From assembly GCA_046704725.1 (NCBI GenBank), contig JBJKRI010000008.1, positions 67,711 through 131,710 of the forward strand: a DNA stretch of 64,000 nucleotides, written 5' to 3'. Below are positions 28,901 through 38,856 of this stretch, piece after piece. Under the pieces are notes generated by a model that was not told the DNA's origin, did not search any database, and saw only the letters and a list, made by a program, of their open reading frames with translations. Within the stretch, counting starts at the first letter, position 1, and each line of letters begins with the position of its first letter. The stretch comes from Candidatus Woesearchaeota archaeon (lineage in GTDB: Archaea; Nanobdellota; Nanobdellia; Woesearchaeales; SKIA01). The position numbers were made by a program, and so were the translations under genes.

Positions 28901-28964
28901 AGGTTTTTCGTATCCGCCGAAATATCGGAACGTTTTTAAACGAAAACGGGCGGGACACGGTCGT

Positions 28965-29786
28965 ATGAGGATGAGAGGGATTCTGTCTGCAGCGCTTCTC
29001 CTCGTGGTGTGCGCGACGTTGGCCGCATCGCTCGCGTCGGCGGAGGTCGTGGTCTTCGATCAGTACAACACGACAGCCACGATCGGGAACGGCAATATCC
29101 ACATCCTGCGCACCGTACGCATCCGGAACGTTGGCGAGACGCCGATCATCCCAGGCGAGCTGCATTTTCGCCTCTACCAGAACCAGGGGGGCACGAAAGT
29201 GCCGATACCAGTCACGAACCTGACGGCGAAGGCCGCGACAGGGACCGCTCTTGGGACCACGATCGCGACGCGCGACGGGGAGACCGACCTGTCCGTGCAG
29301 GTCTGGGACCCGCTCCTGCCGGGGTTCTCGTACACCTTCACCATGGAGTACAACCTCGACTTCCATCCTTCGGGAGTCCTGTTCTACGAGCTCCAGCTGC
29401 CGCAGGAGGAGACGACGATACCGATCACCCATGAGACCACGACGTTCAAGCTCGCGGACGGCTATCATGTGACGTACGCTCCCGGCGGAGCGGTGAGCAG
29501 CGCATCGGGCAACACCGTCGTGCAATGGGACAAGACGAACCAGGAGCGCGTGGTCGAGTATTCCTGGGTTCCCTTCCCCGAGCTCGGCATCCGCGCGGTG
29601 AACGTCTTCTGGCTGATCATCATCGTCGCGCTGGTCGCGGTGTTCGTCCTCTCCGTGCGCAGGCAGCGCAAGCGCTCCAGACGACCGCCACGACACGGCG
29701 GCGGGCCCTACCAGCAATACCAGCAGCCGTACGGCCAGCACTGGCAGCAACAACCGCGGCAGCCGCCGCACGGAGGGCAGGGATGA
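28965..29786 (+). CDS. exported beta-rich membrane-anchored protein with Q/P/Y-rich cytoplasmic tail
   Basis: Signal peptide, TM helix, tail GGPYQQYQQPYGQHWQQQPRQPP. Confidence 0.8.
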   Translation: MRMRGILSAALLLVVCATLAASLASAEVVVFDQYNTTATIGNGNIHILRTVRIRNVGETPIIPGELHFRLYQNQGGTKVPIPVTNLTAKAATGTALGTTIATRDGETDLSVQVWDPLLPGFSYTFTMEYNLDFHPSGVLFYELQLPQEETTIPITHETTTFKLADGYHVTYAPGGAVSSASGNTVVQWDKTNQERVVEYSWVPFPELGIRAVNVFWLIIIVALVAVFVLSVRRQRKRSRRPPRHGGGPYQQYQQPYGQHWQQQPRQPPHGGQG

Positions 29787-31354
29787 AATGGCCTGTACTG
29801 GCGCTCCTCCTCCTGCTCGTGCCCGTGGCCAGCGCGAGCACGCTGACGGTCAACCTGCATGAGCACGGGCGCATCACGGACTACCTGAACACGTACTGGG
29901 TGGTGAACGTCAATGGCACAGGGACCATCGTGAATCCCTCGTCGACCGACCTGTTCACCGTCCGGCTCTACTTCGACATCCTCGGGCTCAACCTCATCGA
30001 CAAGGGGGGTGACGGACAGTTCCAGGGGGACTCGCTGTACTTCAACAGGGTGCCGGCGAACAGCACGGAGACCTTCAGCTACCAGATCGTCGGGATCACC
30101 GCGGTCCCACCGACGCTGACGGGCAAGGGCGTGCTGTACACGGGCATGGCCAAGCGATCCCCGCGCATCTACGCCGACGTGTTCGGCTCGTTGCAGAAAG
30201 CGCCGCTCGAGAATCCCGCCTACACCGGAAGGCCCGGACGCCTCGTGTCGGTCACGCTCAACAACCCCACACAGCTGCAGTTCACCATCCAATCGCTGCG
30301 CGTGCTCAAGACGCCGAGCAGGGACCCGAACAACATCCTCAGGGAGTGGGACGTGGTCAACGACACGAACCCGCGCGTGCTCGAACCGGGAGGCATCTAT
30401 GTCAACGACATCCTCGACAAGAACTCCGCCGACGGGGAGGTCTACTGGCTGCAGAGCGACGTATACATCAGCAACGTGGATCTCGTGGACCAGAGCAACA
30501 TCACGCGCTACACCGAGCAGAACCTGACGGTGCCCGTCGAGCTGCTCAACTACACCAACGTGTCCACGAACGCGACGAAGAGCTACGTCACGTCGGGATA
30601 CGTGCTGACCAAGGAGGCCTCCGACACCGTGGCGACCCCCAAGCAGCCCGTCACGCTCACGCTCATGCTCTACAACCTCGGCGACCAGCTCCGGCAATAC
30701 TCTGTGCAGGACACCCTTCCACAGGGCTTTCTTGCGAGCAAGGACCCGTTGACGTGGAGCGGGCAGGTGCCCGCGCACGGCTCCGTGTCACTGTCGTACA
30801 ACGCGACGCTCAACGACACGTCGCTGGCAGGCCTCGACGCTTTCCCGCGCGCGCAGGCCACCATCGGCGGCACCACGATATACTCACAGGAGGTCCCCTT
30901 CATCCGCCAGTACCTGCCGAAGGACAAGGTCTACGTCCAGAAGCGCGTCACCTACCAGGGCAACAACCAGGTCTCTGTCACGGTGTCCGTGCAGAACCTC
31001 GGGAGCAAGACCGTCGACGGCACGACGCTCAAGGAGTTCCTGCCCGACTCGGCGGTCTTCTCGGAGATCAGCGTGACGCCGGAGGGCAAGGGGGTGTGGA
31101 AGGTTCCTCCCCTGTCCCCTGGACAGACCTGGGACGTGACGTACGTGACCGACCAGGGCCCGTCACTGAACACGCTGCCAATGCTCTACGGCATCCCGTC
31201 GAGCAGCGTGCTGCGCAGCATCGTGCTCGAGAACGTGGTGAACGAGGCGTGGCAGTTCGTCAAGGCGCGCGGCATCGAGTTCGTCGGCCTCGGAGTCGTC
31301 ATCCTCCTGCCGCTGCTCTATGTCCTTGGGAAGCGCTTCTCCTGGTTCACCTAA
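29783..31354 (+). CDS. surface protein with two DUF11-like Ig modules, likely paralog of 26741..28900
   Basis: ATGA-coupled start MKWPVL; LTKEAS..VQDTLP and VQKRV..LKEFLP modules; C-terminal TM. Confidence 0.8.
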   Translation: MKWPVLALLLLLVPVASASTLTVNLHEHGRITDYLNTYWVVNVNGTGTIVNPSSTDLFTVRLYFDILGLNLIDKGGDGQFQGDSLYFNRVPANSTETFSYQIVGITAVPPTLTGKGVLYTGMAKRSPRIYADVFGSLQKAPLENPAYTGRPGRLVSVTLNNPTQLQFTIQSLRVLKTPSRDPNNILREWDVVNDTNPRVLEPGGIYVNDILDKNSADGEVYWLQSDVYISNVDLVDQSNITRYTEQNLTVPVELLNYTNVSTNATKSYVTSGYVLTKEASDTVATPKQPVTLTLMLYNLGDQLRQYSVQDTLPQGFLASKDPLTWSGQVPAHGSVSLSYNATLNDTSLAGLDAFPRAQATIGGTTIYSQEVPFIRQYLPKDKVYVQKRVTYQGNNQVSVTVSVQNLGSKTVDGTTLKEFLPDSAVFSEISVTPEGKGVWKVPPLSPGQTWDVTYVTDQGPSLNTLPMLYGIPSSSVLRSIVLENVVNEAWQFVKARGIEFVGLGVVILLPLLYVLGKRFSWFT

Positions 31355-31653
31355 GGAGTGAGGGTGATGTTGTCCGTCGTCAGGTTCTGCGAGGCGAGAT
31401 ACTCCTGGTTCTGCGCTTGCATGGTCTTGAGCATGGCGTTGGCCTGGTCCACCTGCTCGGTGATGTTGTGGCTGAACAGGTTGGGCGAGCAGTCCGTCAG
31501 GGGCTCGGCCTTGAACGCGCAGTCGATCGCGTTCACGGAGTCTTGCGAGAATTGGATGGTCCGGTCGGAGGCCTGCTGGCCGAGGACCTGGATATTGGCG
31601 AGCATCCCCAGGATAATGGCGGCCGCGATCGGAGCGAAATACCAACTAGTCAT
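31351..31653 (-). CDS. small exported hypothetical protein
   Basis: N-terminal hydrophobic helix, Cys pair; TTTAAATA upstream. Confidence 0.7.
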   Translation of the reverse strand: MTSWYFAPIAAAIILGMLANIQVLGQQASDRTIQFSQDSVNAIDCAFKAEPLTDCSPNLFSHNITEQVDQANAMLKTMQAQNQEYLASQNLTTDNITLTP

Positions 31654-31754
31654 TACTGTACGGTAGTATTACATTATATTTAAACGTTCCTACTGTAACT
31701 ATTATAAAGTGGAGTCACAATGGTTTATAATGGAAGGAGCGTCCCCCCGCACGC

Positions 31755-31825
31755 GCGCCCGTGGTGTAGCGGTAACATGCGGGCTTCCCAAGCCTGCGCT
31801 CCGGGTTCGACTCCCGGTGGGCGCA
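31755..31825 (+). tRNA. tRNA-Gly(CCC), intronless, CCA not encoded
   Basis: Acceptor stem GCGCCCG/TGGGCGC-A; anticodon loop TTCCCAA (CCC at 31787-31789); GGTTCGACTCC T-arm; TTTATAA upstream. Confidence 0.97.
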
Positions 31826-31876
31826 GCCGGCGATAGGTTTATAACGTATTTTTAAGAGGAATCCGCAGGAGCGACG

Positions 31877-34246
31877 GTGGAATCCCCTCTTGCAGAGCGA
31901 CGTCGGCAATCAGTGCACTCCATACTCCTCCTGCTCGTTGTGTGCATCGCATTGCCAGCGGCGACAGCGCTCACGATCACCAGCCCGACCGGGGACATTA
32001 CAGCAAACAGCCTGCCGACGACGGTGACGATCAGCTGGACGGGAAGCACAACGAACACGACAGTCACCCTCAACGGGACAACGGCGTACAACAAGACGCT
32101 CAACGGGACGAACACGACAGTCAGCCTCGGCGCGGGGACCTACACGCTCGACGTGACGGGCAACGGGAGCGCGAACCTGGACTTCTCCGTCGGACAAGGG
32201 GCGCCGATACTCACCCTGAGCAGCCCGCAGAGCAGCTACAGCGTGGGAGACATCGTGCACCTGACCGCGACAGCGGACCGCGCGGTGAACGCGAACCTGA
32301 CGATATCGCTCAACAGCACGCCGATCGAGAACTACACGCTGAGCATCGACAAGAGCGTCGACCTGTTCTACATCCCGCAGAAGAGCGGGACCTACCAAGC
32401 GGTGCTGCGCGCCCAGGGCTCGAGCGCGACAACCAGCTGGACCGCCACCCAGCCCCAGCCATTGGCCGCGGACTACACGTACGACAGCCCGATCGTGCGG
32501 CAAGCGGCTACCTTCAGCGCGCAGGCCAGCGGCGGGACGCCGCCATACACCTATGACTGGAACTTCAGCGACGGCACCACCAGCGCCGGCCAGGACAGCA
32601 CCCACTACTTCTTCACACCAGGCACGCAAAGAGCGACGCTCACGGTGACGGACTCCGCAGGCCACACCGTCAACGCGACACACACGTTCACCGTCCAGGA
32701 AGCGACCTACACCGTCGAGGTCACCGTCCGAGACCAGAACGACCAGTACCTCCAGGGCGTGCAGGTCGATCTCACAAGCACGGACGGCAAGCAGAACAAG
32801 ACAGGAGATACCGACTCCACGGGAACGGCGCGGTTCACCGGCATGCTCGGGAACTACACGCTGAAACTGACCTTCCTGGGAACGAACTACCTCAACGACA
32901 CGATCAATGTCTCGGACAACGACAATCTGCTCTACAACATCACCCTGCCGCAGCAGAACACTACCAATACTACCAACACCACGAACACGACAGCGGCGAC
33001 GAACACCACGAACACCACCACGAACATGACGAATACGACGAACACGACCGCGCAGCAGCTCGCGGTCCCGAAGCAGACCGCCGCACAGACGGCGGAACAG
33101 GCACTCGCGGCGGCGCGTGCCGCCAACGTGAGCATGCTGTCCCAGCGCAAATTCGACCTCAAGCTCTCCGCGGACAAGGACCGCGTGCTCGCGCACCTCG
33201 GGCTGTACGCACGCTTCGACGAGGCGACGACCAAGATCCAGCAGGCCACGAGCGATGCGGACATCACGAACGCGCTCCAGGACGTCCCCGTGAACGTGAC
33301 CATCGACAGCCAGGAAACGACCATCACCTACCCCGACCCGAGCACGCTCCACAACGCCATACAGGCCTTCCTCCAGGCGAAGGGGGTGACCGACAGCACG
33401 CTCCAGCAGCAATACATCGACAGCATCACCGCGCTCACGAAGAACGTGACCATCAAGACGACGGTCACCAAGGCGACGATCGGCTATCCGGGCAAGAAAG
33501 AGACGCAGACGCTCGTGTCACGGACCATCACCGCGCCGAGCGGGAGCTACGCGGTGGAGAACATCCCCAAGACCTTCGCCAAGGACGTGAGCGTCCTGAA
33601 GATCGACGGCGACTACGACGTGCTCCAATCGGACCCGATCCTCCGGTTCAACAGCGACAACTACACCTACAGCGCTCCCGGATCGCTGACGGCGCCAAAA
33701 CCGCCGCTCGTCGTCCCGCAGCAGCTCCTGCCGAAAGGAGGGCTCTCGGGATTCCTCAGCATCTCCCTGGGCAAGAGCAACCCCGTACGCACGGCGATAT
33801 ACGCGATCGTCATCGGCATGTTCCTCGCGGGACTCGTGGTCGGTCGCAAGGTCGCGCGAAAGCGTGAACAGAACGCGTTGTTCGACGAGTTCAGCGATGT
33901 CGCGACGCACGCGATCGAGCTCATCAACGCCGGAGAGGGAGCGCACGCGGCAGAGCTCACATCCGACGTGCTCGCCGTGTACGGGCAATTGTCGCCGGAG
34001 CAGCAGGCCATGCTGTCCGACGTGATCGGGCACCTGGACCGCAACGCACAAGAACAATCGTTCCTCCAGACGATCGAGGGCGCGTACCGGACCGCCACGG
34101 AGCACCCCGACGACATCAACATGGTCTCGAGGGTCTACGAAGAGGCGATCAGCGCGTACGAGACGCTCCCGCAGGAGTCGCAGGCAACGCTCAAGCCGCG
34201 CCTGGAGGAGCTCGACACGCACCTGGAACGGATACTCAGCGCATGA
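31877..34246 (+). CDS. PKD/Ig-domain surface protein with Thr/Asn linker, TM and helical cytoplasmic domain
   Basis: GGTPPYTYDWNFSDG PKD motif; carboxypeptidase-regulatory-like Ig domain; TM near the C-terminal region. Confidence 0.85.
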   Translation: MESPLAERRRQSVHSILLLLVVCIALPAATALTITSPTGDITANSLPTTVTISWTGSTTNTTVTLNGTTAYNKTLNGTNTTVSLGAGTYTLDVTGNGSANLDFSVGQGAPILTLSSPQSSYSVGDIVHLTATADRAVNANLTISLNSTPIENYTLSIDKSVDLFYIPQKSGTYQAVLRAQGSSATTSWTATQPQPLAADYTYDSPIVRQAATFSAQASGGTPPYTYDWNFSDGTTSAGQDSTHYFFTPGTQRATLTVTDSAGHTVNATHTFTVQEATYTVEVTVRDQNDQYLQGVQVDLTSTDGKQNKTGDTDSTGTARFTGMLGNYTLKLTFLGTNYLNDTINVSDNDNLLYNITLPQQNTTNTTNTTNTTAATNTTNTTTNMTNTTNTTAQQLAVPKQTAAQTAEQALAAARAANVSMLSQRKFDLKLSADKDRVLAHLGLYARFDEATTKIQQATSDADITNALQDVPVNVTIDSQETTITYPDPSTLHNAIQAFLQAKGVTDSTLQQQYIDSITALTKNVTIKTTVTKATIGYPGKKETQTLVSRTITAPSGSYAVENIPKTFAKDVSVLKIDGDYDVLQSDPILRFNSDNYTYSAPGSLTAPKPPLVVPQQLLPKGGLSGFLSISLGKSNPVRTAIYAIVIGMFLAGLVVGRKVARKREQNALFDEFSDVATHAIELINAGEGAHAAELTSDVLAVYGQLSPEQQAMLSDVIGHLDRNAQEQSFLQTIEGAYRTATEHPDDINMVSRVYEEAISAYETLPQESQATLKPRLEELDTHLERILSA
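32957..33049 (+). repeat. NTT tripeptide tandem repeat (sequon array)
   Basis: NTTNTTNTTNTTAATNTTNTTTNMTNTTNTT encoded with degenerate 9-nt units. Confidence 0.85.
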
Positions 34247-37053
34247 ACAACAGAAAAGAGGTGAGCATCGTCCTCGCGCTGGCAGCGATGCTGCTGCTCG
34301 CGGGGCTCGCGGGAGCGTACGAATACCCCATCAAGGAGGGCATCTTCCTCGTGCGGCCGGACAACAGCTTCATCGACTCCACAGGGATACCGCACTACCT
34401 GCAGAACGAGGACCTCATCTTCTTCGCGTGCCTCGAGAAGACAGGCATCCCCATCCATCTCTCGGTGCTGTGCACGGACAACAACCAGTTCGAGGACGTG
34501 CAAGCCTACCGCTGGGGGCCGGACAACTGCTATATCGGCGCGACGAACCTGCAGAACTTCGACTGCACGCAGGCAGTGGTGCAGGCAGACTACGTCCAGG
34601 ACGGGGAGAACCTGCAACTGACGCAGCCCATACGCATCAACAAGTTCTCTAACACGCTCAACCGCATCGTCCAGACGCAATACTCGGACGGCGGCTGGCA
34701 GACTCCATTGGACACCGCGTACGGATTGTTCGTGATCGCGCACTTCCCGAACATCTTCGAGCAGCGCATCCAGCAAGCCATCGAATACCTCAAGCTCAAC
34801 CGCGACCAGAAGAACAAGTGCTGGCCGGCGAGCGGCTGCAAGATCAGCACGACGGCGAACATCCTGTTCCTGCTCAATCAAGCGGGGTTCTCGGACCTGC
34901 GCATCCAGCACGACGCCGCGCTCTACCTGCAGCACAAGCAGAACTACCTGTCCGGCGCGAAATGGAACATCGTCCTCGGAGACCACATCCTCAACCAGAA
35001 CAACAGCGTCAACACGAGCTGCGTGTTCGACTACCAAGACTCGCCATACACCCTCAACCTGAGCAAGTACCCCGCGAACACCACCATCAACCTCACGCCC
35101 GTGTACGACGCGCACATCGGTATCGTGTGCACAGAGAACGTGTACGTCACGCTCTACAACCGCTACAACGAGAGCCTGCTGCGCTACCAAGGGGACAACT
35201 TCTCGTACACGATACCCGGAGCGTGCTGGACCCTCAACGACGAGAATATCAGCTGCGACGTGCGATCGACGCTATTCGCGGCCAACGACGGCCTGGCGAG
35301 CTCGCAGACGAGCGCGGCGAAGAGCTATCTGGCGAGCATCCTGACCACCGACCGGCTCGCCGGCAAGAAAGTGGGGCTGAACGCGACAGCGATCGACGAC
35401 GCGCTCTACCTCGTGCTGAAAGGGACCTCGAGCAATGACGTGCTCACCAGCGTGCTCTACCACCAGCAGAACCTCGGCGGCTGGCAGCTCAACAGGACCT
35501 ATTACAAGAACACGTATTTCGAGGCGTCCCCGGACCAGGTGACGAACCTGTACGACGAGATCACCGACAACGTGAGCAAGGATATCGTGGCGACGGGCTA
35601 CTCCATCATGGGACTGATCGCGAACGGCTACAACCGTAGCGACGAACCCGTCGTGGACGCGGAGCGCTGGGTCAGCCTCATGGAGGACCAGACAGGGCTC
35701 AACTACACCGACAAGCAGCTCACCGACGCCAAGACGGCCGCCGCCTACGCGGGGAACAAGAGCCTCATCCTCAATGACACCAAACGAAACGCCATGGCGT
35801 TCTACGTGCTAGAGAACAACGCGCGACCATTGCTGCAGGCGAAACCACGAATCGTCATCATGGACCGGCCGACCGTCGCCGTGGATGTCGTCAACCCGAC
35901 GATATTCGACCTGAACAAGCTCACCTACAAGCTCTCGAGCAACCTGCAGAGCCAGATATCCGTGGACGAGAAGGACAGCGTGAGCGCCTACAGCTTCCGC
36001 CGCATACAGATACACCTCAAGACGGACACGCCGACGGCGGACATCGGCTACCTGCGCATCCTCGAAGGGAACAACGAGTACCTCAAGCTGCCCATCATCG
36101 TCGAGAGCACTCCCCACCTCAACATCACCCTACCCAAGCGCATCACGGTCTTCGGCAGCACAGCCATCCTGCCGTTCACCATCGACAAGAGCGCGCACAA
36201 CTTCACGTGCAGCCTCGAATGGAACAGCACGGGCATCAGCAGCGGAAGCGCCTTCGATATCAACGGCGTGAACGGCACGACCTATAACTATCCCGTGCAG
36301 TTCGCCAAGCTCGAGACGGAGAACGCCATATACGGCGGAACGATCACGTGCAGCGCGAACCTCGTCACGTTCGTCATCCCGTTCGCGACCAACGTGGTGC
36401 GCTTCAGCAGCAGGCCGTTGCACGTCACGCCGACGTACCTATCGGTGAACGACAGCCTGCCGCAGACGGTGACCGTGGAGAACATGCTCGACCAGAGCGT
36501 GGACGTGGAGATGAAGCTCGTGAAACAGGACCCGCTGGTCGTGCTCTCGGACCCCTACTTCACCCTCTATCCAGGGGAGAGCAAGAACGTGAGCGTCCAG
36601 GTCATCCCCGACAAGAACAGCGGGTACAACACGACCAACGCCGTCGTGTTCTCCACGTACGGCGTGGAGAACCGCGTGGTGCTCGACGTGAACATCCATC
36701 CACCCGGGCCGGGATTCCTCTCGGGATGGGTGCTCTGGGGACTGCTCGCGGTGCTCGTCGTGCTCGGAGGAGCAGGAGCATACTTCGGCTACCGCTACCG
36801 CGAGGCCATCGGGAAGTGGTACGACGCGCGCTTCCGCAAGGAGGACTCGCGGTTCAATGTCTTCAAGAAAGTGAGCGAGATGGAGACGCAGGAAGAACAG
36901 GTCGCCATCCGCAACATGATACGCATCCTCAAGCTGCAGGGGCTCAAGGACACAGAGGTCCGTCAACGGCTCCAGAAAGACGGCTACAGCGCGGCGGATA
37001 TCGACGCTGCCCTCACGACGCAGGAGGATGCAGGGCGTGGTGCAGCTCGATGA
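34243..37053 (+). CDS. large exported protein with prenyltransferase/squalene-cyclase-like alpha-barrel repeats and Ig domains
   Basis: QYSDGGW and QQNLGGW QW-type motifs; Cys pairs; C-terminal TM and tail ending VRQRLQKDGYSAADID. Confidence 0.75.
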   Translation: MNNRKEVSIVLALAAMLLLAGLAGAYEYPIKEGIFLVRPDNSFIDSTGIPHYLQNEDLIFFACLEKTGIPIHLSVLCTDNNQFEDVQAYRWGPDNCYIGATNLQNFDCTQAVVQADYVQDGENLQLTQPIRINKFSNTLNRIVQTQYSDGGWQTPLDTAYGLFVIAHFPNIFEQRIQQAIEYLKLNRDQKNKCWPASGCKISTTANILFLLNQAGFSDLRIQHDAALYLQHKQNYLSGAKWNIVLGDHILNQNNSVNTSCVFDYQDSPYTLNLSKYPANTTINLTPVYDAHIGIVCTENVYVTLYNRYNESLLRYQGDNFSYTIPGACWTLNDENISCDVRSTLFAANDGLASSQTSAAKSYLASILTTDRLAGKKVGLNATAIDDALYLVLKGTSSNDVLTSVLYHQQNLGGWQLNRTYYKNTYFEASPDQVTNLYDEITDNVSKDIVATGYSIMGLIANGYNRSDEPVVDAERWVSLMEDQTGLNYTDKQLTDAKTAAAYAGNKSLILNDTKRNAMAFYVLENNARPLLQAKPRIVIMDRPTVAVDVVNPTIFDLNKLTYKLSSNLQSQISVDEKDSVSAYSFRRIQIHLKTDTPTADIGYLRILEGNNEYLKLPIIVESTPHLNITLPKRITVFGSTAILPFTIDKSAHNFTCSLEWNSTGISSGSAFDINGVNGTTYNYPVQFAKLETENAIYGGTITCSANLVTFVIPFATNVVRFSSRPLHVTPTYLSVNDSLPQTVTVENMLDQSVDVEMKLVKQDPLVVLSDPYFTLYPGESKNVSVQVIPDKNSGYNTTNAVVFSTYGVENRVVLDVNIHPPGPGFLSGWVLWGLLAVLVVLGGAGAYFGYRYREAIGKWYDARFRKEDSRFNVFKKVSEMETQEEQVAIRNMIRILKLQGLKDTEVRQRLQKDGYSAADIDAALTTQEDAGRGAAR

Positions 37054-38770
37054 GCGTCGAGGCGCTCCACGCCTGGCACCAGCAACCGAACGGCTCCTGA
37101 CGGTCCGCGCTGCTGATCTCCGAGCAATGCCCGGCGGCCCCCTGCATGAGCAGGTCCTTGACCGACGACGCGTAGAGGCGTTCGGCCAGGGGACGGAACG
37201 ACGGGTCGATGCGCAGCAAGGAGATTGCCACCAGATTATCCACGAAATACCACGCGTCGCCGCGATGGTACGACCGGTCGTCCATGCCCGTGTGGCTCCC
37301 ATGGAAGAAGACGTGCTCGCGGTCGATGGATGACAATCCGCCCCAAGGCGTGGTGAGCTGCGAGAGGAGGTTCTTCGCGACGACGGACCATTCCTCGGGA
37401 GAGAGCAGGTCGGGGAAGATATAATGCGCGAGCAGCGCGTTCGGACGGATGGTGCCGTCGTGATGACCGTCCACCCAGCCGTCGAAGAGCATGGCACGCT
37501 CGGCATCGAAGAGCCGTTCGCGCACCGCCGCGATAAGGGTTTTCCTGCGCTGCGCGAGGCTTTCTCGGCGCTCACCGTCGCATAAGCGCTCCGCGAGAAA
37601 AAGCATGCGCAGGGTCAACGCCTGGATCTCGATGCGCGCGCCCTCGCGGCCGTCCGGGTATCCGCCAGTGGTATCCATCCAGGTCTCCTGCCAGCCGTTC
37701 ACGACAAGACCGTCCTCCATGCGCAGCCGGTCGAGGGACGTGAGGAGTTGGTCGCGCACGAACGACCACTGCTCGTCGGAGAGGGTCTTTTCCGCTTGTT
37801 CATGGAGCTGGCACAAGCGCAGGAACGACCAGCCGACGCCGTCGGCGGAGCCGGTCTGCGAGTGCGGGAACCGATTGGGCACCCGGCCGTCGGCGAGGAT
37901 GCGCGATATCTCGCGCAAGAGGATGCGTCCAGCCGTGCCGAACTGGCCCTCGCAGAGCAATGCGCCCGTCGCGATCGCCTCGTCGCGCGTGTAGATCTGG
38001 AAGAACCATGGCAGTCCGGCGAGGATGCCGGTGTCGCCGCGCGGCGTCTCGGTGAGCAGGCCGTGGAGCGAGCGCGTCGCGAGCGAGAGGGCGAGCGGGC
38101 GGTCGAGCGGCTCGTCCGTGCGCGTCCATAGGTCCGCGGACGAGAAGAACATGCGCGCCTCTTGCGCGCGAGCGGCGGGAGCGATGACCACGCGCGCCTC
38201 CTTGTCGACGTGCAATCGCAGGCCGTCGTAGACCCACCAGGATGATTCCGCGCCGCGACGGGCGTCGAACGAGACATCGGCCTTTTCCCAATCATCGTTC
38301 ATGGAGGCCTCGCAATCGCAGAGCACGACGAACGAGCGGTTGCGACAGCTCACGCGGAACTGGTGCAGTCCCGCCGGAGCGTGCTCCTCGGCGAGATGAT
38401 GGGTTCGCCCGTCCGCGCGCAGGTCGTACAGGTCCCGGACGTCGAAGGTCATCGCCACGTCCCCGGAGCCGCAGACGTGATAGCACGCGATACGGTCGCG
38501 GAAGAAGAAACGCTCCTCCCACCCTTCGGACAGACGGCTCACGGCGTCCCTGGAGACCCGGAGGGAAGGCGCGGCGGAATCCACGGGGTGGATGCCATGG
38601 ACGGCCTTCTCCATGGTGTACGACGATAGGTCGAGAAAGGAGATGCCGTCGAACGACGAGATGTTCTGCTCGGCGCCCAAGAGGATGAACGAGCCGTGGT
38701 CGGCGACCATGACGGACGCTTCGTGCGCGTCGACCACCGTTCTTGGTTCGACGGCATACTCGATCCTCAT
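37013..38770 (-). CDS. amylo-alpha-1,6-glucosidase (glycogen debranching enzyme)
   Basis: AGLPWF..TRDEAI, SADG, ETWMDT, IEIQAL, IRPN, YHRG, QAWS motifs. Confidence 0.92.
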   Translation of the reverse strand: MRIEYAVEPRTVVDAHEASVMVADHGSFILLGAEQNISSFDGISFLDLSSYTMEKAVHGIHPVDSAAPSLRVSRDAVSRLSEGWEERFFFRDRIACYHVCGSGDVAMTFDVRDLYDLRADGRTHHLAEEHAPAGLHQFRVSCRNRSFVVLCDCEASMNDDWEKADVSFDARRGAESSWWVYDGLRLHVDKEARVVIAPAARAQEARMFFSSADLWTRTDEPLDRPLALSLATRSLHGLLTETPRGDTGILAGLPWFFQIYTRDEAIATGALLCEGQFGTAGRILLREISRILADGRVPNRFPHSQTGSADGVGWSFLRLCQLHEQAEKTLSDEQWSFVRDQLLTSLDRLRMEDGLVVNGWQETWMDTTGGYPDGREGARIEIQALTLRMLFLAERLCDGERRESLAQRRKTLIAAVRERLFDAERAMLFDGWVDGHHDGTIRPNALLAHYIFPDLLSPEEWSVVAKNLLSQLTTPWGGLSSIDREHVFFHGSHTGMDDRSYHRGDAWYFVDNLVAISLLRIDPSFRPLAERLYASSVKDLLMQGAAGHCSEISSADRQEPFGCWCQAWSASTLIELHHALHPPAS

Positions 38771-38856
38771 GGGCTCACCTCGCCCGGACGGCGCGAAGGA
38801 GCCTTTTAAACGTGCCGGTCGCAAAGCTTTAAACGCTCGCTCCGGTTGCTCCACGC

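Noticed and set aside
31755-31876. tRNA-Gly as the attachment site of an integrated element
   Set aside because: No integrase and no duplicated tRNA 3' end noticed in the window; flanking genes have host codon usage
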